A DNA stretch of 64,000 nucleotides from NCBI RefSeq assembly GCF_009914755.1, contig NC_060934.1. One strand, written 5' to 3'. This document shows, one piece after another, positions 32,568-46,839 of this stretch. The position numbers were made by a program, and so were the translations under genes. Source of the DNA: the human T2T-CHM13v2.0 reference genome, Homo sapiens. The notes under the pieces are model-generated. The model made no database searches. It had not been told where the DNA came from and was given only the letters and a program-made list of their open reading frames with translations. The first letter of the stretch is position 1, and every line of letters begins with the position of its first letter.

Positions 32568-33653
32568 TATCAGGTGAAATTCACCCCTGATATTTCATGT
32601 AGGTTCTTTTCTATTTTCCTTAAGTGTCAGGCAGTCTGAGAAATAAAGGGACAGAGTACAAAAGAGAGAAATTTTAAAGCTGGGTGTCCAGGGGAGACAT
32701 CACATGTGAGCAGGTTCCATGATGCCCCCTGAGCCGTAAAACCAGCAAGTTTTTATTAGTGATTTCAAAAGGGGAGGGAGAGTACGAATAGGGTGTGGGT
32801 CACAGAGATCACATGTTTCACAAGGTAATAAGATATCACAAGGTAAATGGAGGCAGGGCGAGATCACAGGACCACAGGACCGTGGTGAAATTAAAATTGT
32901 AATGACGTTTCGGGCAACCATTGTCATTGATAACATCTTATCAGGAAACAGAGTTTGAGAGCAGACGACCGGTCTGACCAAAATTTATTAGGTGGGAATT
33001 TTCTCATCCTAATAAGCCTGGGAGCGCTATGGGAAACTGGGGCTTATTTCATCCCACCGCTACAACCGTAAAAGACAGCCACCCCAAAGCAGCCATTTTA
33101 GAGGCCTCCCCTCAGGGACACATTCTCTTTCTCAGGGATGTTCCTTGCTGAGAAAAAGAATTCAGCGATATTTCTCCCATTTGCTTTTGAAAGAAGAGAA
33201 ATATGGCTCTGTTCCACCTGGCTCACCGGCAGTCAGAGTTTAAGGTTATCTCTCTTGTTCCCTGAACATTGCTGTTATCCTGTTCTTTTTTCAAGGTGCC
33301 CAGATTTCATATTGTTCAAACACACATGCTCTACAAACAATTTGTGCAGTTAACGCAATCATCACAGGGTCCTGAGGAGACATACATCCTCCTCAGCTTG
33401 CAAAGATGATGGGATTAAGAGATTAAAGTAAAGACAGGCATAGGAAATCATAAAGATATTGATTGGGGAAGTGACAAGTGTCCATGAAATCTTCACAATT
33501 TATGTTCAGAGATTGCAGTAAAGACAGGCGTAAGAAATTATAAAAGTATTAATTTAGGGAACTAATAAATGTCCATGAAATCTTCACAATTTATGTTCTT
33601 CTGCCATGGCTTCAGCCGGTCCCTCCGTTCAGGGTCCCTGACTTCCCACAATG
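32568..33653 (-). mobile_element. MER11 (HERV-K11/HML-8) solo LTR, ~1.09 kb
   Basis: Minus-strand start ..GGGAAGTCAGGGACCCTGAACGGAGGGACCGGCTGAAGCCATGGCAGAAG. 6-bp TSD GGAGTC at 32562 and 33654. Confidence 0.9.
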
Positions 33654-33785
33654 GGAGTCAGCAAATGCTTCTAGGGAAAAATGTGACTGCAAAGCATCAT
33701 CTAATCAATCCATGATTACTCTCCTCTGTGTAAAATATTGGTGCTTCTAGTCCTGGTTAATTCAACAACTCCCCAGTGCCTTTAA

Positions 33786-34267
<482 letters not shown>

Positions 34268-34631
34268 AGTGCTTTTAAATTAGAAAAAAAAAATCTTATC
34301 TGGTTTCTCAAATTGGTCTCAAGATCTTTTTTATTTTTTCAACCATACCACATGTAGTAGTCCACTACACATAAGTGAAACCCCTCATGTGGTATTTTTA
34401 ACATTGAAATTAAAAGTGGGTTGATATCTTCCCAGTTGTAGAAGCTGTTAAGACATAAAACCTGAGTGCTATCAGTAGCCATGTTTAATAGTGCCACAGA
34501 AATTTCACCGCTATAAGAAACAACAAAGCTAACACACAAAGAGATGCATTCATGAGAGATGGAAAACATGTCCTGATAGCATTTAAAGTCCTGGAGTCCT
34601 AGTTTAAGTTTTTGTTGAGGCCCATTTTTAC

Positions 34632-34922
<291 letters not shown>

Positions 34923-35164
34923 CTCTTCTTATAGTTGGGATATTCTTTTATTACTTGTATTTGTGAGTTAACAAATTTAGCTTCTTCATAAACTAGTTTT
35001 GGTTTGGTGTATGTTATTTTAAAACTGGAAGTCTTGATTAATATAGAAATACGTTACTTGGAATTGGAGTGTTATAAATGACAGATTGTAAAATATGATG
35101 AGATGGGGGAATGAGGAACGTGAGCATTCCTCGATCTGTGGCCAGGTTGTCCCTGTTATGCAGT

Positions 35165-35735
35165 GTTGTGGTGGACAGACTCTAAGATTGCCCCTATGCT
35201 GCTCACCTCCTGGTGGTCAGACCCTGTGTGATGTACCCTTGAATGGGAATGACCTCTGACTTGCCTCTATCAAGAGAGAATATGGCAAAGATGATGGGCT
35301 ATCACTCTCATGATTACATTATCTAAGACTCCATCTTGCCAGAATTTCACTCTCTTTCTCCCATGCTGGCTTTGAAGAACCAAATTGTTATGTTATGAGA
35401 GGGCCTCTGAAGAGGGTCAGATGTCAGGGAACTGCAGACAGCCTCTGGGAGTTTAGGATGGCCTCCAGCCAACAGCCAGCAAGAAGCTGACTCTCAATCT
35501 TATAGCAACAAGGAAATGAATTCTGTCAACACCTTAGAAGTGGATTCATCACCATTTGAGCCTCCAGGTGAGAACCAAGCTCTGACAGACACCTTGATTA
35601 CAGCTTTGCAGAGGACCCAGTTAAACCATGCCCAGAATCTTGGCCCATAGAAACTGTGAGATAATAAATTTGTGTTGTTTTAAGCTGGTGTATTTGTGAT
35701 AATTTGCTACTCAGCAATTGAAAAGTAATACAATT
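35165..35735 (+). mobile_element. MLT1 (ERVL-MaLR) LTR
   Basis: tgtggtggacagactctaagattgcccc start and ..agaaactgtgagataataaatttgtgttgttttaagc.. end. Confidence 0.75.
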
Positions 35736-35749
35736 AGTTAAACAGTTGA

Positions 35750-37590
35750 GGGCAAGGAGAAGATAATGGAATGCACTTGTCATTGGAACGGGGGACTTCT
35801 TTCCAAATCCTGATGCTTCTTTTCATGCAGAGAGAGCTCCTCCAACTGTAAGACATTTGCTTTCCCCCAACCTCATTTACTGAGAAGATGTGAATTGGAG
35901 GATGACCTATGCTATTGGTGAATTTTGAGAGAAAAGCTGGGCAGGTATGTCCTCATCCTTCCTTTTCCCTTCCTCCTGGAATCAGGCTGCCCCACAGTTG
36001 GCACATGCTCTTCCTGGTGTTTCCAGTGGCACATCCCTATGGAATTGCTTATGCCCCCACTTCCCAGCAGGGCCCATTTGCCTGCATCCATTCCAGCATT
36101 CAATATTAATGCACACTTTGGCCTTTCCATTTTATAGTCAACGTCTAGATCTTGCTCTCTTAAGTGTTATAGTTTGTTGGATTTTTCACACATTTATTAG
36201 CACTTGAAATGATTTTGCTATTTTCTATTACTATCTTTTGACAGTTTTAGAATGTGTATATTTTACTTAGTGACTTGGTTGAGCTTTTTTACATATTAAG
36301 AAATTAACTCTCCTATATATTCTGGCTATTTTTACATTTAATACAGAAGTTTAGCATTTTATACAGTTAAATCTTACATGTTTATCCTTCTCCTTTTTTT
36401 CTTCTTTCCCTTTTCTCTTTCTCCTCCTCCTCTTCTTCTCCTTCTTTTTCACTTTTGTGCTTAAGTTTTGTGATTAAGAGATGAGTTAAATATCCACTGT
36501 ACTTTCCTATTGTTTCATTATTCATATTTAACTCTTTAATTCAACTAGAATTTAGTTTACCATATATTATAAAGAGAGTAGCTATTTTTGTAAATAATTC
36601 ATTGTTCAAACACCAGCATTTATTTGTGAAACTATGTGCTACAGGTTTGTTTGGAGCCCATTTTTCTGTTCTATTAGATTATGATGATTTTCTATAGTCA
36701 AGTGATAAAACCCATATAACAAACTTTCAATTGCACAGCCTTAATTTCAAAGGTAAAGGAAACTAACAGGTTCTGAGCTCTTCTGTGGTTTCAGGCCACC
36801 TTACACAAGAGAGAGATATCAGAGGTGAAATCACTGTGACAGGCACATGACAGGCAAGTGACAGGGTGATGTCCTAACATTGTGTAACTCCACATTACCT
36901 ACATATTCCTGCCTCTCTGCACAGACCAAGGATCTCATAGAATTAACTCCAGCCAAATTCTAGTTACCTCACTTATAAGACTAACATAATAGCATTGTCT
37001 CCACATTTTATTTTTTTAAAAAGAGTCATGCCACCCTAAAGCCAGTGAAGTTGTGGTTGAGAGGGTGGGATATGGGGTAAGAGGGATAAATGTTGGGTGA
37101 TGGTGGAGGAGAGGAAGCCCTATAAACACTGCACATCTCTCATTACTCAAAGCAAGCATCCTAACCCTGCAGGCTTTTGGGAAAGCTCCCTCACTAACTT
37201 GGGACATCATTGGTAGAAAGATATATGATTCCCAAAGCAAAGGGTCCTCTGCAGCCTCTATTTTCTTGGCATACATATACTCCAGCCTGTAGACTTTTCT
37301 CTTAGTCACAATAATTCCCCTGAATTTATCCATCCCTTATCTACTAGGGGAAATTTCCCAAAGGCTCCGAGTCACTTCAGTCTAAAATTGACCTCTGAAA
37401 ACACCCCAGAGCCTCCAAGCTGCCCGGAAGAGCCCACTGGGAGGCCACCCTCCTAGAGTTAACAAGGTCCTCAGAGACAGGCAGATAATGACTGAATTCC
37501 AGGATCCCTGCAGACATGGCTGGAGCTGTCTCTGCTTCCAAGATCCAGAGGCTTCTTTTTGTAGTTTCCCCAAACTTTCTGGGAGTAATT
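35750..37590 (-). pseudogene. Cluster of four CEP164-like coiled-coil exon relics
   Basis: SLGKLQKEASGSWKQRQLQPCLQG (37575-37505) vs [33 protein letters not shown]/QEEH (36075-36005) vs ELLG..LETVRQEQH. Acceptor cttacAG then LEELSLHEKKHQDLE (35845-35801) vs LEDLRRRHREQERKLQDLE. A weaker relic lies at 37200-37340. Confidence 0.6.
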
Positions 37591-38061
37591 AATACCAACA
37601 GAAACCTCAGTAGACTAGTTAGTCAAAGTTCCAGAAAGGGGCCCTCTAGGGTGGCTCTATTGTGGGCTGAGGAAGCACAGGCTTCTCTCCTGCACTGTCA
37701 CATTTATCTCTGCTATTTCCCATGTTGTATCCTCTGAGTACTACACTGTGGGAAACACAGAGGATGCTGTGTGAGGAGTCAGGGTAGGAAATCTGGGATC
37801 TTCTTTTGGAAATCCCACAGTATTTCCATGTTGCCATGTGTTTTAATAGTGATAACTAATTTTCAAAATGCATTTCCTGTTCATTAGCTTTAACTCCAGT
37901 AATGGCCTCATGAAGTACACACCACAGTCAACTATTTACCAGTGTGGAAGCTGAGACTGTGATACAAATTTTGCACATAGATCTTTCTGTACTAGGGCTT
38001 TAAGTTCTGTGGGATAGACTCCCCCAAGTGTGATTGCTTTATCAAAATGTATGCCTGTCTC

Positions 38062-38835
38062 TGCATCCTACAAGCATATATGAAAAAAGCTCAACATCAC
38101 CAATCATTAGAGAAATGCAAGTCAAAACCACAGTGAGATTCCATCTTCCACCAGTCAGAATGGCTGTTATTAAAAAAAAATAACAGAGGCTGGCAGAATG
38201 TGAAGAAAAAAGAATGCTTTTACATTGATGGGAATGCAAATTAGTTCAACCATTGTGGAAGACAGTGTGGTAATTTCTCAAAGACCTATAGGCAGAAATA
38301 CCATTTGATCCAGCAATCCCATTACTGGGTATATATAAATTATTCTGTTATAAAGACCCATGCATATATATGTTCACTGCAGCACTATTCACAATAGCAA
38401 AGACATGGAATCAATTGAAATGCCCATCAATGATAGACTGGATAAAGAAAATGTGGTACATATACACCATGGAATACTATGGAGCCATAAAAAATGATAT
38501 TATGTCCTCTGAAGGGACATGGATGGAGCTGGAGGCCATTATCCTTAGTAAATTAATGCAGGAACAGAAAACCAAATGCCACACATTCTCACTTATAAGT
38601 GGGAGCTAAATAATGAGAACACATGAACACATAAAGGGGAACAATGCACACTGGGGCTTACCAGAGGGAAGAGGGTGAGAGGAGGGAGAGGATCAGGAAA
38701 AATAACTAATGGATACTAGGCTTAATACCTGAGCGATGAAATAATCTGTACAACAAACCCCCTGATACCTGTTTACCTATATAACAAACCTGCACATTCT
38801 GCATATGTACCCTGGAACTTAAAAGTTAAAAAATA
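38062..38835 (+). mobile_element. L1PA (older primate) 3' fragment
   Basis: ORF2 C-terminus (MFTAALFTIAKTWNQLKCP) and 3' UTR. Imperfect TSD AAA(A/G)TGTATGC(C/A)TGTCTC at 38044 and 38836. Confidence 0.85.
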
Positions 38836-39198
38836 AAAGTGTATGCATGTCTCAGTGTCACTAGGTACTGCACATTCTGATCCACAAAGGCTGCAGCAAC
38901 TCACCCAAAGCAGAGGAATGGGGCTTTTTCCCTGTATCTTTTGTTTGCCCTGACTGTTGTACTTCTTTTAAGTGTGGGCCAATATCCTGGATAAATGTCA
39001 TTTTACTGTTATTTATTATTTTATTACTTATTATGTATTATTCTTTTGCTTTTTTTTTGGTGACCAGCATGATTGACATGCACACTTCCTCTTCTGAGAG
39101 TTGTCTCTTTATGTCATGTGTCAATTTTTCTATTGGATTATCTATTAGGAGAGATTTTTGTGTTAAGAAAACTAACCTTTGTCTGTCAAATATGATGT

Positions 39199-41568
39199 AG
39201 GGGAGGTTTGATGAGAATTGTGGATAGACGGCAGGACTAACTTGCGGCTCCCACTCAGGTGGACAGAACAGCATGTGGAGACCCACATCATGAACTTTTG
39301 CTCCAAGAACCACCACAGGAACATAGGAAAACTGAAAGAATTCGCAGATGCCTTGAAAGAAGCAGCTTGCCACTGCAAATGCTGTGAGACTGGAATAAGA
39401 CAAGGATGCCCACTTTCACCACCTTTATCCAACATAGTACTGGAAGTCCTAGCCAGAGCAATCAAACAAGAGAAAGAAATGAAGGCATCCAAATCGGTAA
39501 AGAGGAAGTCAAACTGTTGCTGCTTGCTGATGATATGATTGTATACCTAGAAAACCCTAAAGACTAATCCAAAAAGCTCATAGATCTGATAAATGAATTC
39601 AGTAAAGTTTCAGGATACAAAATCAATGTACACAAATCAGTAGCACTGCTATACACCAAATCAGTAGCACTGCTATACACCAAATCAGTAGCACTGCTAC
39701 ACCAAATCAGTATACACAAATCAGTAGCACTGCTATACACCAGCAACCAAGCTGAGAATCAAACCAAGAACTCAACCCCTTTTACAACAGCCGTGAATAA
39801 AATAAAATACTTAGGAGCATACCTAATCAAGTAGGTGAAGGACCTCTACAAGGACAACTACAAAACACTGCTGAAAGAAATCATAAACAACACAAATGAA
39901 TGGGAACACATCCCATGCTCATGGAGGGGTAGAATCAATATTGCAAAATAACTATACTGCCAAAAGCAATCTGCAAATTCAATGGAATTCCCATCAAAAT
40001 ACCACCATCATTCTTCACAGAACTAGAAAAAACAATCCTAAAATTCATATGGAACCAAATAAGAGCCCACATAGGCAAAGCAAGACTAAGCAAAAAGAAC
40101 AAATCTGGAGGTACCACATTACCCAACTTGAAACTATGCTATAAGGCTGTGGTCATCAAAACAGCATAGTACTGGTATAAAAATAGGCACATAGACCAAT
40201 AAAACAAAATGAGAACCCAGGAATAGAGCCAAATAATTACAGCCAAATGATCTCTGACAAAGCAAACAAAAACATAACTTGGAGGAAAGAATACCCTATT
40301 TGAAAAATGGTGCTGGGATCATTAGCAAGCCACATGTTGAAGAATGAAACTGGATCCTCATCTCTCACCTTATACAAAAATCAACTCAAGATGGATCAGA
40401 CTAAAATCTAAGACCTGAAAATACAAATATTCTCGAAGATTACATTGGAAAAACCGTTCTTGGCATTGGCTTAGACAAAGACTTCATGAACAAGAACCCA
40501 AAAGCAAATGCAACAAAAACAAAAGTAAATAGATGGTACTCAATTCAACTAAAATTCTCCTGCAAAGCAAAAGAAATATGAGCAGAATAAACAGAAAACC
40601 CACAAAGTGGGAGAAAATCTTCACAAACTATGCATTCAATAAAAGACTAACATCCAGAACCTACAAGAAACTCAAATAAAGCAAGAAAAAACAAATAATC
40701 TCATCAAAAATTGGGCTAAGGACATGAACAGACAATTCTCAAAAGAAGTTATACAAATGGCTAACAAACATATGAAAAAATGCTCAACAATCACTAATTA
40801 TCAGGGAAATGCAAATCAAAACCACAGTGCAATACCACCTTACTCCTGCAAGAATAGGCATAATAAAAAAATAAAAAAAAATAGATGTTGGCATGGATGC
40901 AGTGAAAAGGGAACACTTTTACACTGTTGTGGGGAATGTAAACTAGTACAACTACTATGGAAATCAGTGTGGAGATTCCTTAAAGAACTGTAAGTAGATC
41001 TACCGTTTGACCCAGCAATCCCACTACTAGGTATCCACCCAGAGGAAAAGAAATCATTTTACAAAAAAGACTTGCACACGCATGTTTATAGCAGCAAAAT
41101 TTGTAATTATAAAAATATGGAATCAGCCCAAATGCCCATCAATCAATGAGTGGATAAAGAAAATGTGGTATATGTGTATACACCATGGAATACTACTCAG
41201 CCATAAAAAGGAGCAAAATAATGTCATTCACAACAACCTGGATGAAGTTGGAGACCATTATGCTACATGAAGTAACTCAGAAATGGAAAGCCAAACATCA
41301 TATGTTCTCACTCATAAGGACACAGAGTTAATAACTCATAAGGGAGTTAATCTATAAGGACACAGAGGCATAAGAATGATACAATGAACTTTGGGGGCAT
41401 GGGAGAATGGGTGGGAGTGGGGTAAGGGATAAAATATCACACATTGGGTACAGGGTACATTGCTTGGGTGATGGGTGCACCAGAATCTCAGGAAACACCA
41501 CTAAAGAGTTTATCCATTGAACCAAATACCACCTGTTTCCCCAAATCTATTGAATTTTTTAAAAAAAT
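39199..41568 (+). mobile_element. L1PB-type element with the 5' UTR piece fused directly to the RT region
   Basis: 5' UTR-like 39199-39388, then [27 protein letters not shown] through the 3' UTR. A 24-bp tandem repeat lies at 39633-39741. Confidence 0.8.
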
Positions 41569-41699
41569 ACAACTATTTTCTTCCAATCTATCATTTTGCA
41601 CTTGACTTGTTCATATAAATATATATTTTGCTATGCAAAATCTTAATAATCATTTATGTTCTTAAAATTCAGCTTTTAGTTTAGTTGTTTTAACAATTA

Positions 41700-43760
41700 G
41701 CTTGACAGCTTCTGAATTTCTTCTCTTGCTTAAGAACCGTGGCACAGTTGTGCAGCTGCTAATTAAAGGAAATCACACTTTTCTCAAATCTCCAACAAAA
41801 AAATTTCAAAATTCTTGCTTAGGCAAACAGGAAACCAAATGTAGTATTGACCTTTGTCATTTTTTAGATAAGACCCATCAACAAATAAAGTCACATTAAG
41901 ATTTTGAAGGGGAAAATCTAGATTATCAGCCTTTGGCATTCTTCCTGATAAAAACATAATTGCAGCTCAGTCATCAGGTAAGGGGAAAAGAGTAACTAAT
42001 TTCACTAGCTGAAAAATTTAGCTGAAGCTGCAGTCACTTGGAGGCAAAAGGATAAGTCTTGGCTTCTGGATCAAGAGACAGGCTATAGGCAATGAGTCAC
42101 TGATGGGTGTTTTACATTCATGCCTTAAGACCATGACCTGAACTTATCTGGAAACACAGAAAAAACAAACAAACAAAGAAACAAACAAACAAAAACAGCT
42201 GTTTATCATAATCTGGAAGACCTAGCAAAGGTAGTTATTGAAGAGGTATTTTGAGGTTACTAAGGGCATTTTTAATTTCTGAGTTTCACAGAAGTGAAGC
42301 TCATGTATAGGCCTTGCTATTTCAGTAAAGCTGAGTCACCATTGTATAAAAATACAGCAAATCCAAAAAATTTTGTCTTTTAGAAAATAGCTTTGGATAA
42401 TTTTGAATAGTTAACAATATTTCCCCAGATAACACCCTAACTTTGGCTGACAAATCATGATTGAGGTAATGATTGGCCTTTTAGAACTGGGAAGCTTTTC
42501 CTTAATCTATGTATCCTTTTTAAACCACTTCAGCAAATAGATATTTAGAGTTAGTTGTAGAAGAATCTGAATCAGTGAAGTGTAGAAGGAGATCATCTAC
42601 ATATTGTATAAGGGAGATCAAAATGGAAATTTTATTTTAGCTATCCTAATCTAAAAGTTGAGAGACATGAGCTAGAGCCCCAGTAATTACACAGGTTTCA
42701 CTGCCCAAGTAATATATTTTCCCAGGAAAAGAAAATAAATATTAACTATCTTTAGTTACTAGGATAGTAAAGAATGCTGAATAGAAGTCTACGTTAGTGA
42801 AGAATTTTCTATCTTCAGGGTAAGACTGAGCAAAGTATGCTCAGTGGGTTAGGAAATACCAGAAAGTAAAGTATAACCACATAGCTTTGTATTAGTTACT
42901 TGGAAATCTTGAAAAGAACTACAATCTCATCCATTTGGCCCTTATGAGCAAATCAGGCATATTACATAGACTAGTGAAAGGGGTGATTAGTTTTGCTTTG
43001 TTTTGATTTTCAATAATATGAGACATTGGCTCTACCAATTGCTTTTTTGCTTGCAATAGCTGTACATATCCTCAGTAATAATTCCCTAATTCTTAGATTA
43101 TGGAAGGCCCTTCAATTCAGTTTCTATTTAAAGACCTGTTGTTTTACCTGAAGGGCCATAAGTTTGTCTTGGCCTTTAGCATATCAACTGTTGTAAGTCC
43201 ACTTGAAATCACTCAGCCAAATATTGGAGATTCCCCCATAACTACAATTTTCCAAGCAATTTTTAACCAAATTTTCTATTTCAGATTTTAGCACATCTAT
43301 TACATAAAGAGAGGACAGGGCTCCTTTTACAATAGCTTTGGGCCTGCTTCAGAATATTTTTTGAAAGTCTCCTGAAGTAGAATCCAAAAATCTTCTCTAC
43401 ATTTTTCTTTTTCTTGTTTATAACCTTAGATATTAGTTTATAAAAGAAAATCTTCAGATGGCCTTCTTGGAGTTTTGCCCTACTTTTCTTGCTCTTTCTA
43501 GTTCTTGTTTGCTGTTATGCATGGTGGAATTTTAAAAATGTTTTTCAATTTCCCCTTGGTAGGTTTCAATAATTATTTATTCTATATCTGAGAAAGATTT
43601 GTTTGTTTAGGTCTAGGATCCCTGGACAGTAAGCATATAATAGGATTCAAATTTTCATAGCAATGTTTTGTCTTCTCTGTGTGGTTTTGGAAGTCTTTTA
43701 TTATGGCTCTTCACTATAGCTCTAATATGACTCCACTTATATTCACCTTCCACTGCTTTA
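41700..43760 (-). mobile_element. Possible ancient ERV internal (pol/integrase) relic
   Basis: Weak motifs only: N*IEG(P/A)F near 43110 resembles integrase WIEAFP, and RAN..LK near 43030. Heavily decayed. Confidence 0.3.
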
Positions 43761-45065
43761 CCTTCTTCCATTTTTATCTCCTTTTTCAAAATTATTGAAG
43801 ATATTCTAATCTTTTGCATTTCCATATATAGTAGAATCAATTTTTCTATATCTATAATAAATCTTGCTGAGATATTCATTGAAATTGAATTAAAATTTAA
43901 ATCAATCTGGGAAGAATGTATACGTTTGCAATATTGATTGTATAGTCTATGGACACGGTATTTATTTAGATCTTTTTTGATCTTGTTGCTCATTAATTTG
44001 TGGTTTTCAGCACAACACACCTGTACATATTTTGTTATATTTATACTTATTTACATTTTTGAGATATTTTAATTATTGTTTTAAAATTTCTGTTTCTATT
44101 TACATTGCTAGTATATAGAAATATGATTGAGGTTTGTGTGTTCACTTTGTATCTTGCAACTTACTGAACTCACTTATTAGATCTAAGAAGCCTTCTAGAG
44201 TTTCTTTGGGTTTTTCTGTGAAGATAATCATGTCATCTGTTGGTAGGTACAGTCTTGTTTCTCCCTTTACAGTCTGTGTGTCTTTTACTTTTTTATCTTA
44301 CCTTATTATACTGGCTGGGACTTGTAGTATGGTGTTAAATTGGGATGGTGAAGGGGGACATCTTTGATTTGCTACCGACTTTTAGGGGGAAAGCATTCAC
44401 CTTTTTACCATTTAAGTATATCATGACTATTTTTGTAAATGCCCTTATTACATTGAAGAAGATTTCTGGGAAATTTTCACCATGAATAGATGTTAAATTT
44501 TGTCATATGTCTGTTCTGCATCAATTGGTATTGTGATGTGCTTTTTCTTTTGATTAGTAATATTATGCATTATATTTACTGGTTTTTAAAAATTGAACCA
44601 TCCCTGAGTTCTTTGGATAAGCCCCACAAGTGGTATTTTATTATTATTTAATATTTTTCTAGATTGAGTTTGCTAATATTTTGTTGAGTTTTTTTAAATC
44701 TATGTCTATGAAGGATATTTATGTGTAGTTATTTTTTTCATCATGTCTTTGTCTAGTTTGAAGCAGGGTGATATTGAACTCATACAGTGAGTGAGAAATT
44801 GTCTCTTTCTCTTGTATTTTCTAGGATAGATTTCTAAAATTAGTGTTATTTCTCCTTTGAATTTTTGGTAGACTTACCATTAAAACCATCTGGACCTAGA
44901 AATTTCTTTATTAGAAGTTATTTAAACAATATTTTTATTTTAAAATAGTTTAAGATTACAGAAATATTTATGAAGATAATATAGTTTCCACATACCCTAT
45001 ACCTAGTTTGCCTACTATTAACATCTTATATTATCATGGCATATTTGTTACAAATAAACCAATAT

Positions 45066-45686
45066 TAATACAAAGACTTGTTCTTTGTCTCAGTTGAGAA
45101 AGAGTTCAAGACACAGACACACACAAGGAGTGGGTTTAGGAGTCGAAAGTTTAATAGACAAAGTGGAAGAAAGAGAAGAAAAGCGTTCTCATGTTGATAA
45201 AGTGGGTTGCCCAAGAGAGGATCTCTGGTTTGTGGCAGAACACAGTTGATTTTGTACAGAGGCTTGAGAATGCAGTGACTGATTGACACAGGGCCCAGGG
45301 GATTGGTTTGAGTATGTGTGCCATTCACATAGCCTGCGAAAGACGGACCCTCCCACGATAGAAGACTAGGTTCTTTTATTGTGCAGATGTGGCTTCTACC
45401 TGAAGGTTGCCATGATATCTGCACACGTTTTTACCTGGAGGTCGCCAAGACACCGGCACATGTGGTGACAAGGAAAAGAGGGTGGTAAATGCCATACTGA
45501 AGGTACCTGGCTTCCAGGTACAGCTGCTTGCATTTACATATGAAAGCCCCTAGTTCGCATATCTATCAGGCTGCTTTCTGTTAGAAAAGAAATGGTTTAG
45601 GGCTGCTTTCATTAAAGGAAAATTCCACTGAGAATTTTTCCCCTTTCTATCTGCCTAAAAATAATTTCTTAATAAGTCCTGTACTG
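45066..45686 (-). mobile_element. ERV1-class solo LTR, subfamily not determined
   Basis: GC-richer ~620-bp insert inside L1M, with ATTAAA and U5-like gtgtgtgtctgtgtcttgaactc on the minus strand. Confidence 0.55.
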
Positions 45687-46434
45687 TCTATATTAAGCCA
45701 AACATGAGTTCATACTGATGTCTACAACTCTCATTCATTACCACATGGATCATTCTAGCCTCCTTCCCATTATTACCAGTAATCCCCAGCTCCAACAGTG
45801 TGAAACCTAGCTCCCATCTGCCAATTATTTATGCAAATTTCAATCCCTGTATACATGTATCGTGGCATCAGAATTGTTAAAACATACCCCTGTGAGAAAT
45901 AACTATCAATCAGAATACAGTGCTTACGTACAATTTCTTTAGCCTTTAGGCTTACAGGCTCCATTCATAGCAAAGTTACTTAAATCAGCAACTTTTTAGC
46001 CCAGTGAGGTTTTTTTTTTAATACTTTTATTACATTCTGCATTCCATGTTAGGATCTTCTAACCTTTTCTCATTTTTAAATTATATTTTTCTCTGTGCAT
46101 TTTAGTTGAGGAAGTTTTTACTGACCTATCTTCAAGCTCACTGATTTCTCACTTGTACCAACTCTGCTGATGAGCCCATCAGAGGCATTCTTTATTTTTT
46201 TTTTTTACAGTGGCTTTTTTATTCCTAACTTAAAAAAAAAACAACTTTCTCTTAGAGCATTTCCTAATAAATGTTCTAAGAGCATTACTCACCTTGCATG
46301 TATGTTATTTACTTTTCTATTACAGGCTTTAACATATTAGTGATAGTTATTTTAAATTATCTGTCTGATAATGCCAACAACTGTGTCATATCTACCTTGG
46401 TAAATATTCTATGTGTACTTGAAAATAATGTATA

Positions 46435-46839
46435 TTTCACTCACGTCTGTGTGAAGAGACCACCAAACAGGCTTTGTGTGAGCAACAAGGCTGTTTATTT
46501 CACCTGGGTGCAGGCGGGCTGAGTCCGAAAAGAGAGTCAGTGAAGGGAGATGGGGTGGGGCCATTTTATAAGATTTGGGTAGGTAAAGGAAAATTACAGT
46601 CAAAGGGGGGTTGTTCTCTGGTGGGCAGGAGTGGGGGTCACAAGGTAGGGGAGCTTTGAGTGAGGATGAGCCAGGAAAAGGAATTTCACAAGACAATGTC
46701 ATCAGTTAAGGCAAGGACCGGCCATTTTCTTTTCTTTTGTGGTGGAATGTCATCAGTTAAGGCAGGAACTGGCCATCTAGATGTGTACGTGCAGGTCACA
46801 GGGGATATGATGGCTTAGCTTGGGCTCAGAGGCCTGACA
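46435..46839 (-). mobile_element. HERV-H LTR7 solo LTR
   Basis: Minus strand begins TGTCAGGCCTCTGAGCCCAAGCTAAGCC, with two CCTTAACTGATGACATT repeats, TATAAAA and AATAAA. 5-bp TSD GTATA at 46430 and 46840. Confidence 0.93.

Noticed and set aside
43655-43790. VEGEY / WSHIRAIVKS resembling CEP164 coiled-coil peptides
   Set aside because: Ambiguous placement, no splice signals, fused to L1 sequence and inside the possible ERV relic. Not counted as an exon.
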